Below, in pieces: positions 1 through 10,315 of a DNA stretch of 64,000 nt. Position 1 is the first letter of the stretch. Each line of letters starts with the position of its first letter. This stretch comes from Candidatus Nanohaloarchaea archaeon (GTDB lineage Archaea > Nanohalarchaeota > Nanosalinia > Nanosalinales > Nanosalinaceae). The position numbers were made by a program, and so were the translations under genes. Where the stretch lies: positions 64,001 to 128,000 of the forward strand of contig JBEQBC010000001.1 in NCBI GenBank assembly GCA_041640035.1. Direction: 5' to 3'. Under the pieces are notes generated by a model that was not told the DNA's origin, did no database searches, and saw nothing but the letters and a program-made list of their open reading frames with translations.

Positions 1-145
1 CCATGACTTTCCGTGGGATTACCTCGTCTCTGCAGTTTCTGAAACTTGTTATGCTTCTTACGGATTCAAGCGAACTCATGTTTCTACAGGTTAATTTTGG
101 TTTCCGTCACCGTTTAAACATTCCCCCAACCAATTCTTCCACGGG

Positions 146-1819
146 ATGGAATACGCAGAGGTCGCCAAGACATTCGAAGAACTCGAATCCACACAGAAGA
201 CACTGGAGAAGACAACCATACTGGCAGAACTGTTCCAGCAATCAGGAGATGAACTACCTGAAGTCGTACTTCTATCAACAGGTAACCCATTCCCCTCCTG
301 GAAAAACAAGGACCTAGGTGTCTCAAGCAAGACACTCGTAAAAATAATATCCAAAGCAACAGGCCGTTCTGAAGACGAGATAACACAGGAATGGAAGGAA
401 CAAGGAGACCTTGGTCTGGCCGCAGAGACCATGGTCGAGAAGAAAACACAACAACGCCTCATGACACAGGAACTCACCGTTGAGAGAGTAGTTGAACGAC
501 TTCGGAAGGTAGCTGGGCAAGACGCCGAAGGCCTGAGCCAGTCCGTAGACCAGGACAAGAAACAGAAAGAACTCGCAGATCTCATCTCATCAGCAGAACC
601 AAAAGAAGCAAGGTACCTCGCAAGAATAATAATCAACAACCTCAGACTCGGAGTCGGAGAAGGAACAATCAGAGACGCACTAGCAGAAGCATTCTTCGAC
701 GGCGAACACACAGAAGAAATACAACGCGCCTACGACTTCACCAACGACTTCGCAGAAGTAGCAAAGGCATGCAGAAAAGGAATAGAAGAAGTCAAATCGC
801 TCAAACTTGAACTAGAAAGACCTGTAAAATCCATGCTCGCCAAAAAAGTCGAAACAATCGAAGAAGGATTCGAAGAGGTCGGAAAACCCGCGGCCATCGA
901 CTACAAATACGACGGCATGCGTGCGCAGATACATATCAAAAATGGGGAAGTAACCGTATTCACTCGGAGACTGGAAGATGTAACAGAACAATTCCCGGAT
1001 GCAAAGAAGTATGTACAAGAAAATATCGACTCGGAGAACTGTATAATAGATGCAGAACTCGTAGCATACGACCCTGAGGACGGCTCCACAATACCTTTCC
1101 AGAGACTATCCAAACGGATCAAAAGAAAATACGATATACAGAAGCTGAAAGCCGAGATACCTATCGAGGTAAGACCTTTCGACCTGATCTACCACGGAGA
1201 ACCAATACTAGAACAGAGCTACTCCGAGAGATGGCAGAAACTGAAAGAAGTAGTAACCGAGGAAAAAAAAGAGCTGACACTGGTGGATCACGAGGAAACC
1301 AGCAGTGAGGAAACCGTCCAGGAGATGCAGCAGCGTTCACTGAGTGAAGGACACGAAGGCATAATGATGAAGAACCTGGAAGCAGAGTACAAACCAGGAA
1401 ACCGTGTAGGATACATGGTCAAACTCAAACCTGTTATGGAAACATTAGACCTTGCTATCGTTGGAGCAAAATGGAGCGAAGGAAGAAGAAGCGACTGGCT
1501 TGGAAGACTCTACCTCGGCTGCTACGACGAAGAAAACGACGAATACAAGGAGGTCGGAAAGATGGCAACCGGATTGACAGATGAACAGTTTAAGGAGATC
1601 ACGGAGAAGCTGAAGCCATTGATAATCAATGAAGATGGGAGAAAAGTGGATGTACGACCTGAAGTCATAGTTGAAGCAGAGTACGAGGAAATACAGGAAT
1701 CGCCTAACTACAGTTCAGGCTATGCGCTCCGTTTCCCGCGGATGAAACGGTTCCGTGAGGACAAGGAAGAAGCAGATACTCTTGAAAGACTGAAGAGCAT
1801 CTACGAATCACAGCAGTAA
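146..1819 (+). CDS. lig: ATP-dependent DNA ligase
   Basis: Motif I KYDG (DYKYDGMRAQIH), EGIMMK, VKLKP and C-terminal ALRFPR..R.DK; archaeal ligase length. Confidence 0.96.
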   Translation: MEYAEVAKTFEELESTQKTLEKTTILAELFQQSGDELPEVVLLSTGNPFPSWKNKDLGVSSKTLVKIISKATGRSEDEITQEWKEQGDLGLAAETMVEKKTQQRLMTQELTVERVVERLRKVAGQDAEGLSQSVDQDKKQKELADLISSAEPKEARYLARIIINNLRLGVGEGTIRDALAEAFFDGEHTEEIQRAYDFTNDFAEVAKACRKGIEEVKSLKLELERPVKSMLAKKVETIEEGFEEVGKPAAIDYKYDGMRAQIHIKNGEVTVFTRRLEDVTEQFPDAKKYVQENIDSENCIIDAELVAYDPEDGSTIPFQRLSKRIKRKYDIQKLKAEIPIEVRPFDLIYHGEPILEQSYSERWQKLKEVVTEEKKELTLVDHEETSSEETVQEMQQRSLSEGHEGIMMKNLEAEYKPGNRVGYMVKLKPVMETLDLAIVGAKWSEGRRSDWLGRLYLGCYDEENDEYKEVGKMATGLTDEQFKEITEKLKPLIINEDGRKVDVRPEVIVEAEYEEIQESPNYSSGYALRFPRMKRFREDKEEADTLERLKSIYESQQ

Positions 1820-1875
1820 ATCAAATTTCTTTTGAAGAAAAGATAGGGAGGAAAAAACAGGGGCTAAGCCCTTTT

Positions 1876-2268
1876 CTAATGTTTCTGAGCCTGATGGATC
1901 TTCATTCCGCGGGAAGTATCGAACTCTCTACCACATTCAGGGCATGCAAACTTTTCGCCGTTGCTGTCATCTGTCTGTGACTGCTCTGGCTCTGTCTGTG
2001 TTTCCTGAGTTTCTGTGGTTTCCTGTTCGGTGCTTCCTTCGTCGGAGGACTGGAACTGCTGCTGAATCTGATTTCTCTTGCTATCTTCTGTCTTTCTGAG
2101 TTTCCATTCATCGCTCTCCAGCCATACAATGAAAGCTCCAACAAGCACTAATAGAACCCCGATACTTCCTTTCAGAACTGTAAGAAGTTCTGCGCTGAAC
2201 TCTATTATAGAATAGAATCCAAGTACAACCATCAGGGCACCAATCAGTATCTTAAATGCTGGATGCAT
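1876..2268 (-). CDS. Membrane protein with C-terminal C2H2-type zinc finger
   Basis: Two N-terminal hydrophobic helices, acidic/Q-T linker, CPECGREF...KIHQAQKH; start moved to MHPAFK. Confidence 0.7.
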   Translation of the reverse strand: MHPAFKILIGALMVVLGFYSIIEFSAELLTVLKGSIGVLLVLVGAFIVWLESDEWKLRKTEDSKRNQIQQQFQSSDEGSTEQETTETQETQTEPEQSQTDDSNGEKFACPECGREFDTSRGMKIHQAQKH

Positions 2269-2387
2269 GTTTGTATCACACAAGTGTAATAACAAAAAGT
2301 TCTTTTATGTGTTTGCCCTTGCAGCCGCCTCCAGTTAACAGGGTTTATAATAATTTCTCCATGAAATCCGTTACAGGAGAACTTAAA

Positions 2388-2963
2388 ATGAGTTACTACA
2401 AGTACGCCAAGGAGCAGTACGAACAGCCAAAAGAAAACCTCGACGAGCTCTGGCAGCAGAGACTTGTCGAATGGCGTGAACAAGGAGCAATCGAAAAAGT
2501 AGATAATCCAACACGGATTCCAAAAGCAAGACAACTAGGATACAAAGCCAAGAACGGCTTCACAGTATCAAGAGTAAGAATCAAGAAAGGAGCCTCCAAA
2601 AGAGAACGACCAAGCGGAGGAAGAAGACCAAAGAGATCAGGACAGAACCGATTCAGTCCTAAGAAATCCAAGCAAAGGATCGCAGAAGAAAGAGCATCCG
2701 ACAAGTTCAGCAACCTAACAGTACTGAGCAGCTACTGGGTAGCAGAAGACGGAACCTACAAATGGTACGAAGTACTCATGGTCGACCCAGAACATCCAGA
2801 GATTGAAGCAGACGACGATATCAACTGGATCGCAGACCAGAAGGACCGAGCAGTCAGAGGAAAGACTCCGGAAGGAAGAAAGAACCGCGGACTCCAGAAC
2901 CGTGGGAAAGGAGCAGAGAAAGCACGACCTTCAGGAGCAGCCAACGACAACAAGAACAAGTAA
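2388..2963 (+). CDS. rpl15e: 50S ribosomal protein L15e
   Basis: ARQLGYKAKNG, GRRPKR, IAEERA, SYWVAEDGTYKWYEVLMVDP; start at MSYYKY. Confidence 0.97.
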   Translation: MSYYKYAKEQYEQPKENLDELWQQRLVEWREQGAIEKVDNPTRIPKARQLGYKAKNGFTVSRVRIKKGASKRERPSGGRRPKRSGQNRFSPKKSKQRIAEERASDKFSNLTVLSSYWVAEDGTYKWYEVLMVDPEHPEIEADDDINWIADQKDRAVRGKTPEGRKNRGLQNRGKGAEKARPSGAANDNKNK

Positions 2964-3061
2964 AACGCTCTCTTCTTTTTCCCTTACTTCATTTCTGCCC
3001 TATCTATTTTCTCCACGCTTCTTGATTCAGAAATATTAAACTGGCTCACAATTTTCTATCC

Positions 3062-3607
3062 ATGACTTTCTACGATATAGCCGTGAAAAACCCTGAACTA
3101 CAGAATTATATGGAGGAACTAGGCTGGAAAACAGAAGTATTCCAGGTAGATAGAAACTTCATCACCTCAAATGACTGGGGTGAAGTCAAGCAACAGGTGA
3201 AAAAAGGAGACGGATTACAGATACTGGAGTCACCGGATCCAGACCTGATGAGGAAAGCAGTCAAACTCGATGAACTTGATGCAGTCCTCGCACCTTATAG
3301 AGACAGGAAAGACGCAGGAATGAACCATGTAATCGCCAAAGCGGCAGAGAAAAACAACACCGCAGTAATACTAGCATTTAGAGATCTTTTAGGTTCGTCC
3401 AAGAAAAGGACGCATATCCTGTCGCACTGGAGAACAATCATACGGCTATCAGACAAATACGGCTTCAAAACAGTTCTCGGTACAGGAGCAGAAAAAGAAA
3501 ACCAATTAAGGAATCCAAAAGACCTGCAGTCACTGATTAAAAATCTTGAAGCCGACTCCGAGATGCTCAAAAACAATCCGAGAGAAATAATAGGTGAATA
3601 CATGTGA
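3062..3607 (+). CDS. rnp3: RNase P protein subunit Rpp30
   Basis: GMNHVIAKAAEKNN and LRNPKDL motifs; conserved neighbourhood with rpl15e and Pop5. Confidence 0.8.
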   Translation: MTFYDIAVKNPELQNYMEELGWKTEVFQVDRNFITSNDWGEVKQQVKKGDGLQILESPDPDLMRKAVKLDELDAVLAPYRDRKDAGMNHVIAKAAEKNNTAVILAFRDLLGSSKKRTHILSHWRTIIRLSDKYGFKTVLGTGAEKENQLRNPKDLQSLIKNLEADSEMLKNNPREIIGEYM

Positions 3608-3927
3608 AAAGGCTGCCTCCAAGCTTCCAGAAAGACCACAGATACCTCAAGTTCAAGATCAGGTCTGAAGAAGAGTTCGAATTCTCAGATGTAGTAGATG
3701 AGCTCTGGAACCAGATAGAAACAGATTTAGGCACGGTTCAGGCCAGCAAAGCCGATATATGGATAATAAAGAACAAGTTCGATCAAGAAGAACAGGAAGG
3801 AGTCATCAAAGTCAACAAAGAGATGGAAGATCAACTGAGAACAGCGCTTCTATTCCTTGAAGAAATTGACGGTAGGGATGCGTTCATCGATTTTGTAGGT
3901 TCTTCCGGGATGATTGAGAAACTTTAA
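3604..3927 (+). CDS. rnp2: RNase P protein subunit Pop5/Rpp14
   Basis: N-terminal KRLPPS...RYLKF and C-terminal SGMIEKL typical of Pop5; overlaps the Rpp30 stop. Confidence 0.85.
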   Translation: MKRLPPSFQKDHRYLKFKIRSEEEFEFSDVVDELWNQIETDLGTVQASKADIWIIKNKFDQEEQEGVIKVNKEMEDQLRTALLFLEEIDGRDAFIDFVGSSGMIEKL

Positions 3928-4187
3928 CCTGTCATCTCGCCAAAGCTCTGGATATCGCTCCACATCTCGGTCAGTCCTTCGTATGATTCTCCGAATATTC
4001 CTGGCAGTTCGAAGCTCCGGGTAATATTCTTCCCGCTGGCAGGGTTCTCGCTGGTGACATTGTTGGAGAAACTTGGTCCGGTATTGAGAGGGCTTTCCGG
4101 TGCGTAGGTCAATAGGAATACTAGTACTACTGAGAGCATTATCATCAGCCAGATCAGAAGCACTAGTTGTCGCTGTTTCTCGTTCAT
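3924..4187 (-). CDS. Small membrane protein
   Basis: Single N-terminal hydrophobic helix; fills the gap between Pop5 and tbp. Confidence 0.55.
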   Translation of the reverse strand: MNEKQRQLVLLIWLMIMLSVVLVFLLTYAPESPLNTGPSFSNNVTSENPASGKNITRSFELPGIFGESYEGLTEMWSDIQSFGEMTG

Positions 4188-4350
4188 AGCCCTGTAGCAA
4201 CCACTTGTCTTGCTTCGTATTTACAACTAATCTTTCAACTAGAAAACACCAACTCCTTTTAAAAGAGTTCCTTTATAAATCACTTATATAGTATATAAAT
4301 GGTTTATCTGTTTAACCCTGAAAAACAGAACTCAAAGGTGAAAAACAACA

Positions 4351-4896
4351 ATGGACGAAGATAACATCGACATACAGAATGTAGTTGCCTCCGCAACATT
4401 CGATCGACGACTCCCTCTCGACAGGATCGCAATCTACCTCGAAAACACTGAATACGAACCTGAACAGTTCCCGGGACTGGTATACCGGCTGAAAGATCCA
4501 AAAGCCGCAGCACTGCTCTTCGGCTCAGGAAAAATCGTCTGTACAGGAACCAAAAGCCCTGAACAGGCCAAAGAAGCAACACATAAGATAATTGACGAGC
4601 TTCGAGAAGCAGATGTAGAGATCGGAAACAAACCAGAAATCACAGTTCAGAACATCGTAGCATCCAGCCAGCTAGACGGCACACTCAACCTCAACAGGAT
4701 TGCCTTCGAACTGGTCGGAACAGAGTACGAACCTGAACAGTTCCCAGGACTAGTATACCGACTTGACGAACCAGAGGTAGTATTCCTTCTCTTCAGCTCC
4801 GGAAACCTGGTATGCACAGGCGGACGGACCTACGAAGATGTCAAAGAAGGAATCCAGACACTGGAAGAGAACCTCAAAGACATAGGAGCACTTTAA
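4351..4896 (+). CDS. tbp: TATA-box binding protein
   Basis: Two repeats of NVVAS/NIVAS...EYEPEQFPGLVYRL...FxSGK/NxVCTG. Confidence 0.98.
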   Translation: MDEDNIDIQNVVASATFDRRLPLDRIAIYLENTEYEPEQFPGLVYRLKDPKAAALLFGSGKIVCTGTKSPEQAKEATHKIIDELREADVEIGNKPEITVQNIVASSQLDGTLNLNRIAFELVGTEYEPEQFPGLVYRLDEPEVVFLLFSSGNLVCTGGRTYEDVKEGIQTLEENLKDIGAL

Positions 4897-4961
4897 AACC
4901 AATCTCCCACTCTCTTCCAAATTTTCTTTTACTTACTTTTTCTATAACTTGACCGATATCA

Positions 4962-5414
4962 ATGAACAATTTCCATGTAGCAGCCGGCGTAATAGCAGAA
5001 AATCAGGACGGAGAGATTCTCATGGTTCAGGAAGCCAAAGACCATGTAGAAGAAACCTGGAACTTTCCAGGTGGCCAACTAGAACAGGATGAAACACTCG
5101 AAGAATGCGCACACCGTGAATACAAAGAAGAAACAGGCTACGAAATCGATCTACAGAACCTTCTAGGAGTCTACATGGAGAAAAGCCACCGTACAGGCAA
5201 GACAGTCATAGTCTTCATGTACCGAGCAGAACTGGATGAAAAGATTAAACAGAGGGAGATGCAGGAAGAAATACTCGACCAAAACTTCTTCGATCCAGAA
5301 AACATCGCTCAACTGGACCTGAGGAAGGAAAACAGAAAGAAGATGTTGAAAGACTACAGAAACGGAAAGTCAATCTCCAAAGAGAGAGTAGTGGATACAC
5401 TCGAACAAAATTAA
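4962..5414 (+). CDS. NUDIX hydrolase
   Basis: Nudix box GGQLEQDETLEECAHREYKEETG. Confidence 0.9.
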   Translation: MNNFHVAAGVIAENQDGEILMVQEAKDHVEETWNFPGGQLEQDETLEECAHREYKEETGYEIDLQNLLGVYMEKSHRTGKTVIVFMYRAELDEKIKQREMQEEILDQNFFDPENIAQLDLRKENRKKMLKDYRNGKSISKERVVDTLEQN

Positions 5415-5441
5415 TAATAGTTACTTCTCGACAACAACAGT

Positions 5442-5882
5442 ATGAGTCAGCGCCAACTCTTCACAGCACATCCTGATCCCGAAACCGAAACACTAGATCA
5501 GGACCTACAGGAGATAGAAGACCACATAACCTCCAGATACGGAATCTCAGATCAGCCTTACAGCGAAGTACCTTCGGTACATCCAGACTACACAGAGAAC
5601 ACCGGTCAAGGAGAAGTACACAACACTGTCACATACAGCGACAGGACAAATGAAGGCAAAAGAGATATAGCGGAAGATATACTAAGTATGAGTCCGGCAG
5701 AGTATGTCTCACTGGTGCATTCCTCCGATCACATGTGGGACGCAAACGGATGGGTCTACTTCCAGGAAGACGGAGAGCTCAGAAACGATGCATTCTTCGG
5801 AGAGGAAGATGAAGAAGGAAGAGATGTTAAACGAGATATCAGAGACGAGTTCGGGATCTCTACAAATGTCCCGTTCTTCTGA
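5442..5882 (+). CDS. Hypothetical acidic protein
   Basis: 146-aa ORF with genome-typical codon use; no motif recognised. Confidence 0.6.
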   Translation: MSQRQLFTAHPDPETETLDQDLQEIEDHITSRYGISDQPYSEVPSVHPDYTENTGQGEVHNTVTYSDRTNEGKRDIAEDILSMSPAEYVSLVHSSDHMWDANGWVYFQEDGELRNDAFFGEEDEEGRDVKRDIRDEFGISTNVPFF

Positions 5883-6182
5883 TTAATCCATATCTCTCAA
5901 AGCCGACTCTATCAACTCAGCTACTTCCAAATCCTTTTCTGTGATAGTATTCTCTTCATGACTCCAGAGATCTATCTCGACAGCTCCGTACTCAACCATT
6001 ATCTCAGGATGATGGTTTTCCTCCTCGGCTACCTTGAAAACTTCATTAGCGAACTCGACACATTCCGAGTAACTTTCGAACTCGACCCGGGATGCGAGCT
6101 TACCGTTCTCTAAACCCCACATACTTAACTCATCAAGTTTCTCTTTCAACTTCTCATCAGATACTCTATCGGCCATAAACAA
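5883..6182 (-). CDS. Pterin-4a-carbinolamine dehydratase (PhhB/PCD family)
   Basis: AEEENHHPEI...LWSHE...ITEKD..AELI signature. Confidence 0.88.
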   Translation of the reverse strand: MFMADRVSDEKLKEKLDELSMWGLENGKLASRVEFESYSECVEFANEVFKVAEEENHHPEIMVEYGAVEIDLWSHEENTITEKDLEVAELIESALRDMD

Positions 6183-6228
6183 CCTTCTATGTTAACACTT
6201 TTTCACTTTTACCGAACAAACAAAATAT

Positions 6229-8223
6229 ATGGAGTACGGGGAGGCGGTAAATGAATTCGAGGAATTGTTCTCTACGGAGATGTACGAAGAGGTAGCCCGA
6301 GCTGTACAGAGCGGAGACACCTCAGTAGTCGTCAACTTCAAAGAGATGGATATCTTCAACCCCGAGCTCGCAGAGTACCTTAAAGATAATCCACAGGACG
6401 CGATGAACGCCTCAGAAGAAGCAGTAGAAGGAGTAGACATAGTATCAGACGAAGACCTCCGAGTAAGATTCACAGAGATGCCGGAAGAGGACTTCGTATA
6501 CCTGAGAAACCTTAGATCCCAGCACATCGGCAAGTTCGTACCGATCGAAGGAATGATCAAAAGAGCAAGTCAGGTCAAACCAGAGGTAGTATCAGCAATA
6601 TTCGAATGTTCTCAGTGCGGCGACCGGTACGAGAAAGAACAGGACTCCAGTGAACTCAAATCACCGTACAAATGCGACTGCGGAAGCCGAAAGTTTGATG
6701 TAGTCGAGAAAAAGATGACAGATACACAGACCATCACGGTTGAGGAAAACCCTGAAAGCCGTGAAGGAAGCGAACAGCCATCAACACTATCAGTAAGACT
6801 TGAAGGCGACCTAGTCGACCCAGAATTCCAGAAAAGAGTCGTACCAGGAAATGTAGCACATATCACCGGAGTACTCAAAGAATCACCAATCAAGAAGAAC
6901 TCCAAAAAATTCGACATCTACATGGACGCCAACTACCTCCAACCAGTACAGATGGAGTTCGAACAACTCGAACTCACAGAAGAAGAGATAGAAGAAATCG
7001 AGGCGATGGGAGAGCAGGACGATATATTCGAACAGATTGTTGACTCGATAGCACCCTCCATTTTCGGACATAAACAGGTGAAGAAAGCAATAGCGTTACA
7101 GCTGTTCGGAGGAGTTAAGAAGACGCGTGAAGACGGTGTCAAAAGCCGTGGAGATATACACATACTACTAATCGGAGAACCAGGAACAGGAAAATCACAG
7201 CTACTCAAGTTCACAGGAGAACTCGCGCCAAAAGGACGGTATGTAGTAGGAAAGTCCTCAACAGGAGCAGGACTGACAGCATCAGTAGTCAAAGAAGAAA
7301 GCACAGGCGAGTTCACACTGGAAGCAGGAGCCGTAGTACTGGCTCATAAAGGAATGGCCGCGATCGACGAAATCGACAAGATGGCCGCAGAAGATCGTTC
7401 CAGTCTGCACGAAGCGATGGAGCAGCAGCAGATCTCAGTATCCAAAGCTAACATCCAGGCAACACTGAACGCACAGACATCAATCCTGGCAGCTGGAAAC
7501 CCGAAGCTCGGCCGTTTCGATCCATACGAACCGATAGGAGAACAGATCAACATCGGAGACACACTGCTCTCACGATTCGACTTCATCTTCCCGGTCAAGG
7601 ACGAACCAGACCAGAGCCGAGACGAAAAATTGTCTGGACAAATCCTTCAGAACCATCAAAGTCCGGAAGAAATCACAGCATCGATCGGTCAGGAGCAGCT
7701 CCGGAAATATGTAGCATATGCACAGAGAAACATTCGCCCTGATCTAACTGAAGAAGCAGCAGACGCTATACAGGACTTCTACATCAACATGCGAAGCAAA
7801 GGAGGAGGCGAAGACGGTGGAAGCGTACCGATCACCGCAAGACAGCTGGAAGCACTTATCCGTATCGCAGAAGCATCAGCACGAGCCGAACTACGGCCAG
7901 AAGTCGTTGAAAAAGATGCAAAAAGAGCAATCGACATCCTAAGATACTGCCTGGAACAGGTCGGAGTCGATCCGGAGACAGGAGAGTTCGATGTAGATAT
8001 GATCGAATCAGGTGTCTCAAGCAGCCAGAGAAACAGGCTGCAATCCATCAAACAGATAATCGAGAAACTGGCAGAAGATGATGACGCGGCTGAGATCGAA
8101 GAAGTGATTGAGACAGCGGAGGATCAGGGTATAGAGCCTGACAAGGCTGAGGACATTATAGAGCGTTTGAAGCGTGAAGGAGAACTGTTCGAGCCTAAAC
8201 AGGGTCACATACAAAAAATCTAA
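6229..8223 (+). CDS. mcm: Replicative helicase MCM
   Basis: Zn finger CSQCG/CDCGS, Walker A GEPGTGKS, IDEIDKM, arginine finger LLSRFD, ITARQLE, C-terminal wH; no intein. Confidence 0.98.
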   Translation: MEYGEAVNEFEELFSTEMYEEVARAVQSGDTSVVVNFKEMDIFNPELAEYLKDNPQDAMNASEEAVEGVDIVSDEDLRVRFTEMPEEDFVYLRNLRSQHIGKFVPIEGMIKRASQVKPEVVSAIFECSQCGDRYEKEQDSSELKSPYKCDCGSRKFDVVEKKMTDTQTITVEENPESREGSEQPSTLSVRLEGDLVDPEFQKRVVPGNVAHITGVLKESPIKKNSKKFDIYMDANYLQPVQMEFEQLELTEEEIEEIEAMGEQDDIFEQIVDSIAPSIFGHKQVKKAIALQLFGGVKKTREDGVKSRGDIHILLIGEPGTGKSQLLKFTGELAPKGRYVVGKSSTGAGLTASVVKEESTGEFTLEAGAVVLAHKGMAAIDEIDKMAAEDRSSLHEAMEQQQISVSKANIQATLNAQTSILAAGNPKLGRFDPYEPIGEQINIGDTLLSRFDFIFPVKDEPDQSRDEKLSGQILQNHQSPEEITASIGQEQLRKYVAYAQRNIRPDLTEEAADAIQDFYINMRSKGGGEDGGSVPITARQLEALIRIAEASARAELRPEVVEKDAKRAIDILRYCLEQVGVDPETGEFDVDMIESGVSSSQRNRLQSIKQIIEKLAEDDDAAEIEEVIETAEDQGIEPDKAEDIIERLKREGELFEPKQGHIQKI

Positions 8224-8271
8224 TCCAAAAGATTTGATTCAAAAGAGTACTTTGAAGAGGTAATAAAATAT

Positions 8272-9015
8272 ATGCCACAGCAGAAAAGACAGACAGCGAA
8301 GCTCACCACAACAGAAGAGATAAACCAGGGCAAATTCTTCCAGCGAGAAGGATTCGAACCAAACTTCCTTCTAACACCGCATGGGAGAAGAATCTCAAGA
8401 GGAAGACTGGTAGCTACTGTCGTAGACATATTCGTCAACGATGACGAGACCTACGGATCAATAACCGTAGACGACGGAAAAGATACTACACAGATCAAGT
8501 TCTTCAACGAACTCGACCCAATCGACGAATTCGAAATAGGAGACATCATCGAAGTAGTAGGAAAAATCCGCGAATACCAAGGACAGAAATACCTCAACGG
8601 AGAAGTAATGGAAGAAGTAGAACCGGAAAAAGAACTTCTACACCAGCTCAGATACAGAAAAGAAACAGTCGAATGGAACCAGATTCGGGAAACAGTCAAA
8701 CAACTCAAAGAATCCGGCAAAGACCAAGAAGAAATAGAAAACGAGATGGCCGGAAAACTTGACGAAGACGAAGTAGACGCACTACTACAGAGCTTCGGAG
8801 AAGACTTCGGACAGGAAACCACAGAAGTCGACGAAAACCTGGAAAGAGAAACACTTGAAGCCATCGAAGAACTGGACGAAGGAGACGGAGCAGACTACGC
8901 AGAAATCGTAGAAAGCGTAGACGCACCAGAAGAACAACTAGAAAACACAATCAACTCACTGCTGTCAGAAGGAACCTGCTACGAACCACAGCCAGGAAAG
9001 ATCAAGAAACTATAG
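8272..9015 (+). CDS. RPA32/RPA2-like OB-fold ssDNA-binding protein with C-terminal winged helix
   Basis: OB-fold pattern (TVDDG...IEVVGKIREYQG) and C-terminal LLSEGTCYEPQPG wH tail; follows mcm. Confidence 0.75.
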   Translation: MPQQKRQTAKLTTTEEINQGKFFQREGFEPNFLLTPHGRRISRGRLVATVVDIFVNDDETYGSITVDDGKDTTQIKFFNELDPIDEFEIGDIIEVVGKIREYQGQKYLNGEVMEEVEPEKELLHQLRYRKETVEWNQIRETVKQLKESGKDQEEIENEMAGKLDEDEVDALLQSFGEDFGQETTEVDENLERETLEAIEELDEGDGADYAEIVESVDAPEEQLENTINSLLSEGTCYEPQPGKIKKL

Positions 9016-9022
9016 ATTAACT

Positions 9023-9502
9023 ATGGAATTTGTTTTGGGAGTATTGCAGCTAATTTTTTCTTTCTTAAGTACAGCTTTTCTAGGGTACATAGCGTATAAG
9101 CGATATTGGTTTGACATTAGAAAAAATGAGCGTCCTAAAATTGTGAAGGATAGATCCGCTGAATCCGAGATAGCATATCTTTTTGTGGTGGAGAATGAAG
9201 GTGTAGGAGATGCTGAAAATGTTAGAGTAGAACATATTCACTATTTTGTAAAAGAAGATGGAGTTTTTGAGTCTATTAAATTCGATAATGATCCAAATGT
9301 TACATTAGGAAAGCATAATCTCGTTAAGAAAGGAGATTCTGCTCTTATAGTATTACCTAAGGAAGAGATACCTGCTAAAGCTGAAGTTCTAGATATACAA
9401 TTAGCTTCAGATAAAGGTCTCTTCGGTATTCGCTTTGTTCTTTCGGAGGCTCAGAGTTTCGATGGCGATTTAGAAGAAATATTGGTTTCTAATCCTTCTT
9501 AG
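9023..9502 (+). CDS. Hypothetical membrane-anchored protein (AT-rich, likely acquired)
   Basis: N-terminal TM helix; visibly T-rich codon usage unlike the flanks; resembles 28378..29028. Confidence 0.6.
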   Translation: MEFVLGVLQLIFSFLSTAFLGYIAYKRYWFDIRKNERPKIVKDRSAESEIAYLFVVENEGVGDAENVRVEHIHYFVKEDGVFESIKFDNDPNVTLGKHNLVKKGDSALIVLPKEEIPAKAEVLDIQLASDKGLFGIRFVLSEAQSFDGDLEEILVSNPS

Positions 9503-9544
9503 TAGCCATGTTGAATTAAGAAATTCATCCTATCATGTTTAACC

Positions 9545-9943
9545 ATGAGCGATTACGACGAACTACTGGATAAGGCGCAGGATGAGGTACCGGATGACAT
9601 TGATGAAGGAGAGCGTTTCGAGCTTCCGGAGCTGAAGACTCGTAAGGAAGGTTCCAAGACGATAATCGAGGATTTCTCGGATATCGCTGACAAGCTTGGA
9701 AGAGATGAGAAACATCTTTCGAAGTATCTTCAGAACGAGGTCGGTACAGCAGGCCACATCGATAACGGTGAACTGGTCTTGAATGGAGAGTTCAGGAGAG
9801 GGAATGTTCAGTCCAAGCTTGAGAACTACGCTGACAAGTTTGTTTACTGTCCTGAGTGCAGCCGTCCTGATACGAAAATTGTCAAGGAGAAGGGCGTTGA
9901 ACTGTTGAAATGTCAGGCTTGTGGTGCCAGAAATCCTATCTAA
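9545..9943 (+). CDS. eif2b: Translation initiation factor aIF-2 beta
   Basis: ERFELP, GSKTII, C-terminal CPECSRPDT...CQACGA zinc ribbon. Confidence 0.95.
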   Translation: MSDYDELLDKAQDEVPDDIDEGERFELPELKTRKEGSKTIIEDFSDIADKLGRDEKHLSKYLQNEVGTAGHIDNGELVLNGEFRRGNVQSKLENYADKFVYCPECSRPDTKIVKEKGVELLKCQACGARNPI

Positions 9944-10012
9944 TTTTCCATCCCTCCTTATTAAAAGATTACGGAGATAATCAACTTTCTACTAACGAGG
10001 TAACACATTACA

Positions 10013-10237
10013 ATGCCAGAACAACCGAACGATGTTTCTCCACAGCAAGCAATGCAGATGATGCAGCAAAAACTAGGAAACCTAGAACTTACTGTACACG
10101 CACTGCTAGCTGTACTTGAAGAGAAAGACATGGTCGATCAAGACAACATCAACGAAAAAGCACAGGAAATCGTTGATGAGATGCAGGAAGAACAGGGCCA
10201 GGTCCAGCAGGGACACGAAGGTCACGACCACGAATAA
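10013..10237 (+). CDS. Hypothetical small protein with His-rich tail
   Basis: SD-like GAGGT upstream; ends GHEGHDHE. Confidence 0.6.
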   Translation: MPEQPNDVSPQQAMQMMQQKLGNLELTVHALLAVLEEKDMVDQDNINEKAQEIVDEMQEEQGQVQQGHEGHDHE

Positions 10238-10315
10238 AAACTTTCTTTGATAGGACTTCAAAACTCCTATCTCCCTTAATTTACTTTTCTACTCTATTAT
10301 TCCAGCTAGAATTAT

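Noticed and set aside
4255-4300. Cluster of TATA-like boxes upstream of tbp (autoregulation?)
   Set aside because: Adequately explained by divergent promoters in an AT-rich spacer
6229-8223. Intein in MCM (and in PolB2)
   Set aside because: Lengths are normal and motifs are contiguous
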